From: Phoronis australis
Lineage: Eukaryota; Animalia; Phoronida
NCBI GenBank assembly: GCA_002633005.1
Contig: NMRA01000740.1
Span: 107,872 to 171,871 of the forward strand
Direction: 5' to 3'
Length of the DNA stretch: 64,000 nucleotides
Below, piece after piece: positions 1 to 28,240 of the stretch. Numbering within the stretch: the first letter of the stretch is position 1; each line of letters opens with the position of its first letter. The translations under genes and the position numbers were made by a program. A model generated the notes under the pieces. The model was not told the origin of the DNA. It did not search any database and worked only from the letters and a program-made list of their open reading frames with translations.

Positions 1-201
1 AATAGGCAATTAGTAAGTGTTCTTGGTAAAGATGATTTACATTGAAATGCATACTATTTTTGTTGATTCTTTGCAAAAGCTACTCACAATATTTTGAAAA
101 ATGCTTGAAGCTGCGAAAAGAGGAGGAAATATTCTCGTACAAAACGTGAAACATTAGGTCATGAGAATGATGATGATAAACCCTTTATTGTTGATCCTCA
201 C

Positions 202-1384
202 TTTCAACCACAATTACTGCACTTGATCCCATCCGTCCTTGACTACTGACTGGAGGAACACCTCCTCGTGTCCTCCAGTCAAAGGACGAAGGTAATGGTG
301 AAGGAACAGCACTGGGACATGAGCCTTGCTGATACCTCGATTCCACCAAATGATCTAACCTTGTCTTTGGGATCTCTGTCATGACCTGCAACAATAAATT
401 CAAATATTAAATTCTCATTTAGGGCACAATACAAGGAACAAGTGGTATTGATTTTCATCTTTTTTATAAAAATGATTAATTTATAGCACCAAATAAGTGC
501 TTCATCATTTTTAAGTAGTGTACCATAGCCACTTTCAATGTTTTGAGAAATTGTTGGTATTTACAATATATATAAATGTCTTTGAAAAATGAAAAATAAT
601 CAAATTTGGAAATTATTTCTGTCTAAATTTGACAAGGTTTTACCGTGAGTGTACGTGACCTGATCATTGAATTGGTGACTGTGTTATAATTTTCTCTCTC
701 AATCGTTTACACCGCCAATTAGTCAAAGGTGACCATACATCTCTCAGTGTGAAAGTGCTCTCCTGGTTCAACCCTGTACTCGGTTCAGGTCACTTGGTCA
801 AACTTCTGACAGCGGCTTTAGTCAGGATTAAAGAACATGTGTCGTTGGCTTCATGCCGTATAGGGATACCGGTAGCTGTGGCCAGAGTGAACTTCACAGT
901 TCACAGCATATATGTATTTTCAACATTCACACATCCATTGGAAAGTGAAATTTAATCGGGGGGCATCCTTAACTAGCTTCCTATGAGTCAATGCTAATAA
1001 AACCGGTGCCAGTGTTCTCAATAAGGTACATTTTAATTTAAAATTTAAATTTAATTGTGTGCAATATCAGTGACGTTGCGGTAGGAGGTGGTGCATGGAC
1101 ATTCGTACTCAATTTTGTACCTTATCAGCAAACGCGTTAAGGTCAAGCTTGAAGGTGGTGTCAGGTCGAGCATTGTACTCTTTGATCAACATCCGATTTT
1201 TCACCCAAATCGCTCGTCTCATTTCTTCTTCCTCTGCTGTATACGTTTTGCCATACCGAGCTTTCCAATCTTTCCAACTGATAAGTGTTTTACTTTTCAC
1301 ATATTCCTGGTTATCCAATGCGTTGCAACTAAAAATTGCTGTTAGACACAACGATATAAGAAAAAGATTCTTAGAATTCGACAT
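202..1384 (-). CDS. Papain-family (peptidase C1A, cathepsin L-like) preproprotein, 5' part; probably catalytically inactive; continues off the left edge
   Basis: Exon 1 1384-1121 (GT donor): signal peptide MSNSKNLFLISLCLTAIFSCNA, then an I29 propeptide WKDWKARYGKTY..EEEMRRAIWVKNRMLIKEYN..FKLDLNAFAD (ERFNIN/GNFD-like). Exon 2 385-202: mature-enzyme start LPSSFDWRTRGGVPPVSSQGRMGSS. A possible small further exon lies at ~110-88. Confidence 0.85.
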
Positions 1385-1751
1385 ATTTTTACCCAAAATA
1401 AAACACAGCACACTAACTACTTGGCACACACTTTTCAATGAGCGTCAGCATGTGACATTTCGTGTTTACTTCCTGAACTTGTATGACCAACTGGGATCAC
1501 ATGACTTTTGGATTATTCTAAACATCGGACGCATGAGGTAAGTTAAGTTCATGGTAAACGTGTGTACGGGATACATGGTAAAGTATTTTGTGGAGTTACG
1601 CATGATTTAAATTTTATGTATATGATATGAAACATCTTTTCTCCTATTTTATAAATTTCTGTTTGTAAATATGTTCTGGGCCTGAAATGTTGACGCCTTG
1701 TTTACGTTCTACACCCCTCCTGTACGGGCATATTATTGCGACCTGGAAAAC
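1385..1751. promoter_or_regulatory. Bidirectional promoter between the C1A peptidase-like gene (-) and KIAA0930 (+)
   Basis: The two ATGs (1384 on -, 1752 on +) are 367 bp apart. Contains an M-box/CLEAR-like GATCACATGAC (1495-1505), a second CATGTG E-box (~1449), an ETS-like ACTTCCTG (~1468) and an AACATGGC YY1/Kozak-like context at the + ATG. Confidence 0.6.
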
Positions 1752-17424
<15,673 letters not shown>

Positions 17425-20400
17425 GTACCTGATACTCAGGGTAGAGTCATCCCTGATACTAAGGGTAGTGTTGTGCCAATCTAACTGTGCTGTAAGGCAA
17501 AGCACTGATTGTGCCACTGATTGTCTGGAACCAGCAGCCCTTAAGTTGAAGATTGATTTGGTAGCTTACAAGTGTTTCAAAAAAGGCAGTACAAGGTAAG
17601 GTCAATGACAGGAAGTTCTCCAATGGAATCTGTTGGTGATATCTTATACCTAAGTCACTTGGTGCTATGTCTGAGTAGCTGAACTGAAAGCATGGTGTGG
17701 TGCCCTACAAGAAGACTGTCTCTCTCTAGAAATTGCTGTGTGTTACCTCATAAGACAGTACCTGAAATAAAACTGTGGTGTGGTACCTTACAATAAGGCA
17801 GAAGCTGAAACGAAACCGTTGTAATAAGAAAGGAGCTGAAACGAAACCGTTGTAATAAGAAAGGAGCTGAAACGAAGCCATGGTGTGATACCTCATAATA
17901 AGACACCACAATATGGTTTTGTTTCAGTTTTTGTCTTATTATAATGTACCTCATAATAAGACAGTAGCTGAAATGAAGCCATGGTGTGATGCCTTATAAT
18001 AAGACACCACATGGTTTTGTTTCAGCTTGTCTTATTATAATGTACCTCATAATAAGACAGTAGCTGAAATGTAGTGTGGAACTTTACAGTGAGATGTGCG
18101 GTGCTGCTGCAATGGATGAATAATGATTGTTTTAAGCTTTGGTTTGATTTTGGAATCCTTGCAGTACTTTAAGCGCAGGATTATGCTCAAGCCTCGTATT
18201 TAAAGACCATTCGGTTGTTATCGCCAGTGGATGTTTTCTTTACTCGACTGCTAGGACAGCCGAGAGCATTGTTGGCAAATTCTTCATATTGGATTTTGCT
18301 CATTCAATTGTATGTTGAATTTGGACAAGTCATCACATTTTTATCATTACAAGTGGTCTATTTTGACAATCTACTGTATAGAGATTCATAGGGAATGTCT
18401 CAGTTGTGTATCCAGTATCCATCATGTGGACTGTAAGCCCAGTGACAGATAATTGTCCAGGTTCTTGATCAGTGCTCCCATTTACTCAACACTCTGGTCA
18501 CAGCGCTTCTACAACTATAACAGTTTCCGAATGGAGAGGCGTTGGAATAAAAACAATGATCTCAGTTGTACTTGCCCAATTGACTATACTTAAAATGTAT
18601 GCATAGCTCACATTCCAGTGCCAAAACGAGGCTTAAGCAGCATAACATAGATGTTGTCTGGCTAACACAACCATGTGTGAATTCATGTTTGCTGTACCAA
18701 ACTAGTAACAGTTTATTAAACGTTTTTTATGCATTCATGTATCTATGGTACAAAATAAGCTGCCAGATATGAGTCTTTGATCAGTTCATGCCTGTAGTCG
18801 GTTATTGAAACATAGAGAGGAGTGCACAAGATCCCTTGGTGCAAGATTGCTGCGGCATGTTGAAAAGAAATGGAACTCGCTTCCAGGGATTACTGAAAAT
18901 GATTAAAAGTGTTTACATTGACAATGACAACCAGTGTCAGCAGTAATGAATGTCTCATGAGAAAAACTTGTAGTGATAGTATGCATTAGTTATGATCCCA
19001 TTGATTCTTCAATAGTGTTCTTCCTTTACTAGAGTATATTAGTGCACAACGAATTGTCCAAACTGGTGTAACTTTCATGAAAGTTATAGTAACCAGTGAA
19101 TTGAATTTCTGATCCTTTTGCGTCTATAAAGTTGTCACTTGCTCCCGGTGTCACTTTGTTGATCACAGAAAATGAGCACTGCTTTCTTAAGTCTATGACC
19201 AACTTCTTTTAAATTAATGAAAAAGTGGAATTGTGATTCAGGTAAATGATGATTATTAGAATCATTTATGTTAAAAGTGTAGGTCAAATGCAAGAATTCT
19301 AAGGGGTTTTACAGTCTGTGGCATAAGTTTCTTGTTGACTGGACCGCCGAGAATAGAATGTTAGTGAACTGAAAAGCAAGCATCTGACCAAGCATCACTT
19401 TTTAGAGGCAGCGAATGAATGGACAGTTTCTGGTTGCAGCTAGCTGGCAGCTGCTTATTTAGATATGTGATTGCACCTGCTGGATTTAATATTCAACTTT
19501 GCTTACAATTCAACAGCAGAAAACAAAAAATAGGGATGTAAAAACTTGAGACCACGGGGTACCGATGTGAAGGTAATAGTGTTGATAAGTAGCAAATGCA
19601 TTACTTTACAATCATGATTTTATTGCCTGTCTTCCTTTGCTTCCTGTGAGAAAAGAATGAACGTGGCATTAGATAGTATTTTAACTACATTACTATACAG
19701 CCAGTACTAGTGAAAAAAGTTGACCTGTCTAGTAAATTTGGTACTTGTACATGAACTTCGTTTTGTGCTAGACATGAGTGGAATGTAAACAATCCCTCAT
19801 GCTGTTCAAGCCTCGTTTCAGAGAGTAATGAATATTCATTGTTCTACATTAAGAATGGCCTACAGTGCGCAGACACATGAATCATGATTGTAAATGTGAA
19901 CGTGCTCAAAGTGTGTTCCTGTCAGTAACTTCTGCATAGAGTTTCCAAGGGTACTATGTGAATAGAAGCTGATGTGGATCATATTCTGCTTTGTCAGTAG
20001 TGTTTCTGATTTCATGCGATGTTGCGGCCATGACATAGCATAATATCAAACAGTTGTAGTTCATATATCATGTGGCGTTGTGATTTTATCTGTTATCAGT
20101 GTTGTTTTTTTTTGTTTTTTTCTTGTATATCACCCGGTTAAATGTCGATTGTGCAAATTGTTCCAAGACTACATTGATGTGAGATGTGCATTTTTGTTTT
20201 GTACTACATTTTACGCATTCCTAATTTTTATAGATTTACTTTTTAACTTAAAATCAAATTGTCTCATTTTGCCATCCACTTCCTCCATACTTTCTAATCA
20301 AAGGACTGTTGGTGTAGTGATGCATAAACCTGTCCTTGGTTGCACTGTTAATTCTTTTGATAGATATGGCTGTGAACTGTTTATTTTCTTAGCATTTATG

Positions 20401-22200
20401 TGTCAGACTTTGATGAATCCAATTCTAACCAAGGTGCTTTTAAAGACACCATGCAGTGATGATCATTTTCAAACATCCACAGTGCATTTGCAGACATTTT
20501 AGTCCATGAGATGTTCTTGAAATTGTGAACCTGCCTTTGTCCCCCGGTAATGGTCAGTAGCATGTTGTCATGGTAACATGTACTTGTATTGTATGGCAAT
20601 CACAGGTCTTTGTAAATGAAGTAGGATGTGTGATGCACAGTGGTGAATTACTAGCAGTCTTCTAGCTCCATTAGGGACAATGAAAACTTGTTAAAGCTTT
20701 AACAAAACTAGTCTTGTTAGTAATTGCTGATCACAATTAATATTAATAATTCTTTAGACTGTGTTAGTTATATAAGTCTAGAGCTTTGTGTGCTTCATCT
20801 AATCCACATCAGAGTTTGCTGATTGGTTTATTTCAATAACAAGACAGGCAGTTTGTATTTTAGTTTTAGTGCCAACACTGGCTCAAATACTCCTGGCAAG
20901 TAAGTTGCCGTGATTCAATCCTGTGTGATGGTGTGGTTTATTCACTTCACAGGAACAAAAGGTGCAATTATTATACAATTGTCAGTTTTTAATTGCTTTT
21001 ACGACTTTCATGAAGGTTAACATCTTGTTTGTATTATGTGCCAAATTTTAAGGTATTTATAATTATGACATGACCTCTGATACTTCTGTCCTCTGATTGG
21101 TTGAAACGTGATACAAATTAGGATATAGTCCAATGCTGACCAACTTGATGTAGAAAGTTACTTTTCAGTCATGCCATCTAGACGTCAGATGTCGCTATTC
21201 ATGATCTTATCAGACACTGTAGAAACTATTAACCCTGATCACGAAGTGCGCAAATGTCAACGCATCGGTGTAGGTAATCACAAGGTTATCTAATAAGAGA
21301 CAAAAAAACATAAGAAACATTATCATAGGTCGTGTAACAACAAATATAGGGCAATCTCTTGGGCGTATCAGAGAATTTTGACAGAGAGCAGTTTTACCTC
21401 CAGCCTCGTGCAATATTGCCTCCAGCCTTGTGCAATATTGCCTCCAGTCTCGTGTAGTATTGCTCTACCTCTGTCCACATGACTTGGTATCACCCTCGGG
21501 ATCAGTTTATACTTTTGTTTTCATGAATCAAATATATGGTAAAGATATCTTAATTATGGACTCAATGTGTTATAGTAGTCAAATTTCCCAACAAATTAAA
21601 AACTTACTTCATCCTCTGCGCTTCGTGTAGCGTGCAGCTGTCATCAGATGGTTGGCACATATTTCAGCATAGGAATCGAGTAAAAATGAAGAGTAACCAT
21701 CTATCAACTATTGGTCTGAAATTGACAAGTCTTCACCATATACTAGTCAGTCTTCAAGTTTTTGTCAATGTTTACTCAAATTTTATGATTTTTTTCTGTG
21801 AATTCACAGTATACATTGAAGCTTTATTGTATTTGAAATTCATGACTCGAGAATTGATTAGTATTGTTAAGTGTGATGGCCTTATTTTGTGTGTAGTGTT
21901 GTATTGTGAACATTATGATAAGACATCTTGTACTCAATTATTTCAACTATCCATTGTGGAGTTCATGAAATGAATTCAGCTTTGTATCGTCTATAAGTAA
22001 GCATATTTTGTACTTGCGATTCTACATGAACTGAGACATTAATAAAGGGTTCTCGGGCTTGACATATCTTTCCCGATCCGGAGTTATTATTTTATATGAC
22101 TGGCAGACATGCTAATTACAACGGAAGTTTTGAAAGTCACAATCATTCAATTTTGTGCTCCTTGTACATTTGAAATGTTTCTAAAAATAAAATCTTCATA
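17425..22200 (+). other. Probable long (~4.8 kb) 3' UTR of KIAA0930
   Basis: U/GU-rich, with no credible exons after the stop; AATAAA at ~22042 and ~22186. The endpoint is inferred. Confidence 0.5.
17680..18090 (+). repeat. Degenerate minisatellite (AGCTGAAACGAA..GGTGTGATACCTCATAATAAGACA units)
   Basis: Repeated 30-80-bp units, visible directly and as repetitive spurious ORFs at 17726-17954. Confidence 0.75.
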
Positions 22201-23337
22201 ATCGCATTGTCGCTGTTGTCTCTAAAACCTGATAACTCATTTGTAATTCAAAGTAAAGATTACACTTTTTTATTGTTAATGATTAATAATGTTAATATCA
22301 AATTGTAACAGTTAGAAAGCGAACTCATTGTAACATTTGATTGCAGAGCCGCATGAGCCTCACAAAACATGGAGTAACTTTATCAAGAAAGTCTTACACT
22401 AAAACACATGTACAATGATTTACACAGATCTGCTAGCTGAGTGACCAGGATTGCAGAAGTGGAGGTGCCTGGGCTTACATCAACAACTAAATGAAAATGC
22501 TTTGCTCCTCACGCGTTAAGTTCGTGATAATCTCAAACATTTTAATTCATAACACTGTCCTGACCAAATACATGTAAGCTATATGTCATAGAAGGCCTAA
22601 GCATTGATATAAACCTACTCGGGTTTCATAATTAAACACCTGTAGGATACCATGACTGTCTTCAGAAATGTTAGGTAAGCTAATAGGTTTCAGAATTAAT
22701 ACTAAAATTCTTGTACCCAGGAACAAAACCACTTTTTTACCAAAATAAAGGTCTGTTTTGAAAGTTTGTCATTTCTAAAAAAAGAGTCTGCAGAAACATA
22801 CGATGTGTACGAACGTCCACGTTGCCAGCAGATGAGGCTTCACTTGTTTGTCACTTGACAAGTAACGCGCCTCTTTTCAGAATACTTGCATGGTAGACAT
22901 GAGTGAGCTGCAGTCACTCGTCTCCAGTTACACTATCAATCAGACCAATACTGCGCCAAGGACTTGTCTGCTGCAAATGTAAAAGCATTGATTTGTTGCT
23001 TCACAATAGTTTGTTATGATGCCTAAGGTTAGTTTTGGGATTGTGGTGGAAAAAAATAAAACAAACTAAAAAAATTCACCAATTTGGGACAAAACTAATT
23101 GCCATATTTGACCTTTTTTCATTTTACATGGTGGCAAGTGTAAACTAAAGTTTTCGAAATTTTGTGTGGTGGTGGATATCATATGAAATTTGAACAAAAT
23201 AAACTATTAATGTGGTGGAAAAATATTTTCTATGAAAAGAATGAGAAAACTAAATTTCAGCTGTTGGCCATATTGTGTAGTTCTACTAAAAATTGGTGAG
23301 ATTTTGCTGTAATTTATTTTTAGACAATATTTTTACT

Positions 23338-23352
23338 GCCACTAGATGGCAC
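23338..23352 (+). promoter_or_regulatory. CTCF-like motif GCCACTAGATGGCAC
   Basis: Matches the CCAC/GYAGRKGGCRS CTCF core consensus. Confidence 0.45.
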
Positions 23353-23912
23353 GTTATGTTTCATGATACACAGTGGTTGGCAATGCGGCATTACTAATAT
23401 CGTCTATAAATTTGGCTCGTTGAAAATGACACCATTTACACTATTTTCACAAATTGAGAATGAAGAAAGATTTTCATCAATCAAGACATCAGTAAGTAAA
23501 TAGGAACGTTTCATAAATTTTTGTTTTTACTGACAATTCAAAAAAGGAAGTCTAATGCCATTCGACTGTGGCAGCCATTTTGTTAGAGCACTACCAAAAA
23601 TTACTTTGAAGATTACATAGTTCAGGTTATTTTGAAAGCACTTGATTACGTGTTGAAAGAGCATATTGTAACTTGGGAATAAGTTTAAAACTAGATTGAT
23701 TTGAGGTCTAAGTTTTTTCACTCGAAAGTGAAAGTATCTTTTAAAGGTCACTTGACATTTTTGCATTTGCTATTTACAACTTAAAATACCACACAGCGCT
23801 AGGTGAAGCCAAAACCACAAACTTTCAACTGGTGAATCGTGCAATGGAGTATCTTCCAATCACAGCAATTATACAAGTGAACTTCATTGGGTCACGCCGG
23901 GTTACCACTACA

Positions 23913-24103
23913 CATGCGCGCCCCAGCGGGGGGGCTCAGAGAAACAAAAAGTCCCAGAAAACGAGACAAAGTCCACCAAAAAGGCGCAGACACACAGTTC
24001 ACAAGATGGTACCCCGTTTTTTTAGTCCTGATGCCTTTTTCGTCAACAAAAGGTACACATCATCAAAAATTCGAGCCCCCCCCCCACCCCAGGTGCATGC
24101 ATG
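23913..24103. mobile_element. MITE with CATGCGCGC..GCATG termini and 5-bp TSD CTACA
   Basis: TSD CTACA at 23908-23912 and 24104-24108; internal sequence homologous to 55235-55432. Confidence 0.85.
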
Positions 24104-24233
24104 CTACAGAGGCAACTCGCTATAGGGTTCCCACAAAACGTGCCTAAACAATGGTTTACATAAGACAAATTTCACAAAAAAAAACACTTCAGACACATGA
24201 ACAGAACCACCAAAAACAAAATTAAAATAAGAG

Positions 24234-27200
24234 TTAATTATCTTTAATAATGATTGAACCTAGACATCGTACCAGTAAAGACTGTTGTGAGTCCTCGCTC
24301 TCTGTTATCTCCAGTAGTTGTGAAGGTACTACGTGGTCATTGTTACCCTCTATGGACGTGTTGTGGACAGTGGCCACTCTGGCCTTGGTGAGGGACGCTT
24401 GCGACAGCTATAAAATTAATGTAACAACCATTACAGGAATTGACCACTGAATCTGCTCCTTCATTTATTTTTGCAACAATAGTTAATAAGGGAAACAGTA
24501 ATTTACATTTCATCAGATGACTGTTTTTTTTGTTAAAACACCTAATTAGAATTGTTTCTTGGGTTTTGTATATAAAATTAATTCATGTTAGGTGTAACAC
24601 CTATCAATGATATTGATCTGCCTAGTTGTAATCTGTCACAAAAATAAGAGGGTATTATATCATCTCAAGTCCTTGCAATACTCCAGATATTTTAAATTAA
24701 TGCAAAAAAGGAAAAACTATTAAGAAGGTCACGCTTGAATGATGCTTGTCAGAGTGCATGGAATGTGCTGGGAGAGGGGCTTCAAGGGTGAGATTGCTTG
24801 AATTTTTTTGGACACAACTTATTAATTGCATGTACATTACACCCCACTCACCCAAGTCACCAGCAGACAGCTCCATCATTACCACCCTTTGTGTTTCCAG
24901 TGCAATAAACCTAATCTGTTTGAAGTAATTACAAGCCCAGTAGGTACTACCTAACAAAGGTTTATGTATACTCATGGGGCATGTCTTTAAGAAATAAAGC
25001 TTGACTTGCTGCTTGGCTTGGGTAAAGCTCCTCGCCGCCTAAGGCTAGTCTTGGTGTGGCAATCTGTACATGTTACAGTCACTCATGGCATGAAGAACAT
25101 TTTGTTTCCGTTTAAATTTGTTAATTAGATGACACTTTAGAATTGTACGTCAGGTGCTGCTGCATGTAATTAATACATTAATCCTGTTACCATTGGTGAA
25201 TCGTCTGTACACATAGGACCTTTCTCATCATCAGGAATCCATGAAGAGGTCTCTTGACTACCACCTGTTTGCACCTGGTGATGAATAAGTATATATGACA
25301 GTGCACGGGTATATGAAAACAAACTGCTTTATTTGGTTTTACTTCAGTTAAGAATTTGCTGACAGTGGGGCAATCCTACAGGTGTCCTATTCAGTTCCAC
25401 CTGGCCTAGACTCCACAAAGCCTGTTCTCCTACTTTTAATACAGAAAAATCAAGTCAATCATATTGTGGATTAGGCACCACATATTTCAAAATAACTTAT
25501 GACAGCTAATGGTAAAAAGTCTGCCAACAAGCTGTTAAGGTCAAACTTTGGACTGACTGTGACCTCATTGCAATTCATTTTAACTAAGAATACTGAATCA
25601 CATTTCACAGTCCAAGAAGAAACATATTGCGTGGCTATATAACTTATAGCAAACTGCAGGATTTTGTGATGCATTTCAGGTTTTGTCTACTAGCTGAACG
25701 CTCCCTCTAAACATGTCACTCACCTGCACATACTTAGCCAAGTATTGTCTGATGTCAAGTGACTGCTCACGCTCTTCACTGTTGCTTGGCAACAAACCCA
25801 ACCCATCAGATCCTTGATCAGTTTCCTCTATCGGTTCCTGCTTGATGACAATGCCACCTGTTGCCTCCTGGTCCCCCTGCAGAAGTCCTTGTATGGCCTC
25901 CAGTGCATAAGGACGTGTGTCTGCAATAGATGAGAACTGAACCATGTCTGGAAGTTGGTACTAGGTAAAGATGCTTCTTAACACTAGAATTTCCAGAATA
26001 GTCAGACACTACCAAGCTGATGTACAATAAAATGGAGTGTGTAAGAAGACTGACAAGTATCATGGCATGAAATGAATTAATTAGCATCTATGTGAATTCG
26101 TACCTACGTTTACATAAAACGCATTATTCACACAGTTTATTCAGGTTAAATGTCCATAAATCTGGTCCAACTCACCTTTCAAAATTATTATCAGTAGTTT
26201 TGGTTCAATCAGTCATGGGAGAATAAATATTTCAAATGCTTGCAATTTGTAACCAAGTATTGAACAATATCTTGTCAAATTTCTCGAGAACTAGAAATTG
26301 TACCCCTACACATTAGCAGAAGATACGCCAGCCAAGAACCATTTTATCTAAAATCCACCAGTGATGCAGTACCTTCTTCGGATAGAAACGTCTCATCAAT
26401 AGGAGACAGGCATACATCTTTTAAGTCATCACTCAGTCCATCACTGCTTTGGGAGCTTTCCACCAGTGCCATTGTAACCATGGTTTTCCTCTGATCGACA
26501 GGTAAGTCCTCCCACATCTCCTTGATCACTGTGGTAACCTTGGGGTCATCCATGTCAGCCTCAGACAGGTATTGCCTCAACTGATTGGCCACTTGACGAT
26601 AGAAGTAATAGTACCTGAATGCATGAGAAATATTAACTGAATTATCCAATTTAACAGCATTTCATAAAACATTGTGCATTAAGTACTAGATGCCTTGCTC
26701 GTTATTTACTGGACAGGTGTCACTCAGCCACTATTTAATGCACAGTGGGAAATCATAAACACAAGGGTAGCAAAATAACATTTATTTTAATTTTCAGAAA
26801 AAAATATGGAAATTAGCAAATCTGTGTGTTACAGGTTCACGATTTACTGTAAATAATAAGACCGGCAAGTGCAGTTTACTTTCAGTGTCGGGACGTCATT
26901 TTTCTGTAGGGGGAAGTGTGTAATGCGAGTCATTATTCACATTATGATCTTCCTTGTGAAGATATTTGTTGGCTATAGTCATTGATAGGCAAATGCATGC
27001 GGGTTCTCTGGAGATCTTGTGGTTTGATTCAGTGTTTTATTAGAGTTTGTGAAGTTTGGCTGTGTGGTTGATATGTCGTACAATATATGATTAAACTGCA
27101 GTCGCTGCTCTTGTAAGTGAACCCGTGACACATTGCTTAGCATGCGTTGCATTCAAAGAAAAGATACTAATACAACTTAAGTCGCAGTTTCTCTCTACAA

Positions 27201-28182
27201 GAGAGCAATTCAATATGAAAAATCTCATCACGGAGTCAGGTTTATCATATATAAAAGAGCATAACATAAATTTATCCTAATATTTCATAGTCAATTTTAC
27301 CCATCAAAATGCTTGTCATCCGAGTGGCTTACGTCAGCAAGTGGAGGTAAGTGGTCACTAACAATGTCACGGTCTGGGTAACTTCTGTAACAACAACTAT
27401 TACATTTGGAAGATTTGAAAAACACCAGTACAACGGACTATTGCAGAAATAGTGCAAGAAGAGGTTATCAGATGCATTTGCCAACTCACTGTTCTGTAAA
27501 ATAGAAAAATTAACTTCCCTATTATAAAGGTTGTATTAGATATTATGTCTTTTCTCTCAGAGCTCCTGCATGGTAAGATTGAGATACAACGAGGTTAGGG
27601 ACAGTACTGCTTGCATGACCTATAATATCCCACTCACTCATTAGTGCATTCTAATGTTTAGTCCAACAAGATGAAGGAACAGCACCGCATGCATGCACCA
27701 TGGGTGTGGCCATGGGCTGCTCAGCACAACTTGTTCACGCACGGTGTTGCTTTTCTTGCGCAAGTAGCTGCATCACGGAAAATTATCCTTACTCAATTTC
27801 AGAAGCCAAACAATTGGAAAAATCACAGGCTATTTTAGCCTGACTGTTTTATTGCTGTGAAATTAAGCCATCAGTAACGCAATGATAGCTTTACTTCACA
27901 CACTTAAGGACTTCGGATATTTAGAAACCCCGATAAACAGGCCTCTTTACGAAAGCACAAATTAGCTGGTACACCCTTTTAAAATGCTCAATACATTAAC
28001 CTCTGTGTTGTACTAATCTGAGGAACAATTGTAATATTCAAGAATAGTAATATTACTAAGTGATATAGTAACAGACCTAGGAACACACACTAATCACTAA
28101 AGCCTCACACATTTCACACTATACACCCACCTCTCCAGTTTCCGTCTACATCTAGATATTCCTTTACTGAACATCCCAGATG

Positions 28183-28240
<58 letters not shown>

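Noticed and set aside
1095-1541. 148-aa + strand ORF
   Set aside because: Antisense shadow of the peptidase exon 1; no recognisable motifs.
20080-21973. ORFs of 113-140 aa in the KIAA0930 downstream region
   Set aside because: Non-ATG starts, Phe/Leu/Cys-rich composition typical of U-rich UTR, and no splice structure.
28184-28240. CAG repeat read as poly-Gln (or CTG as poly-Leu on +)
   Set aside because: The Gln frame has flanking TAA stops; exon phases give poly-Ser on -.
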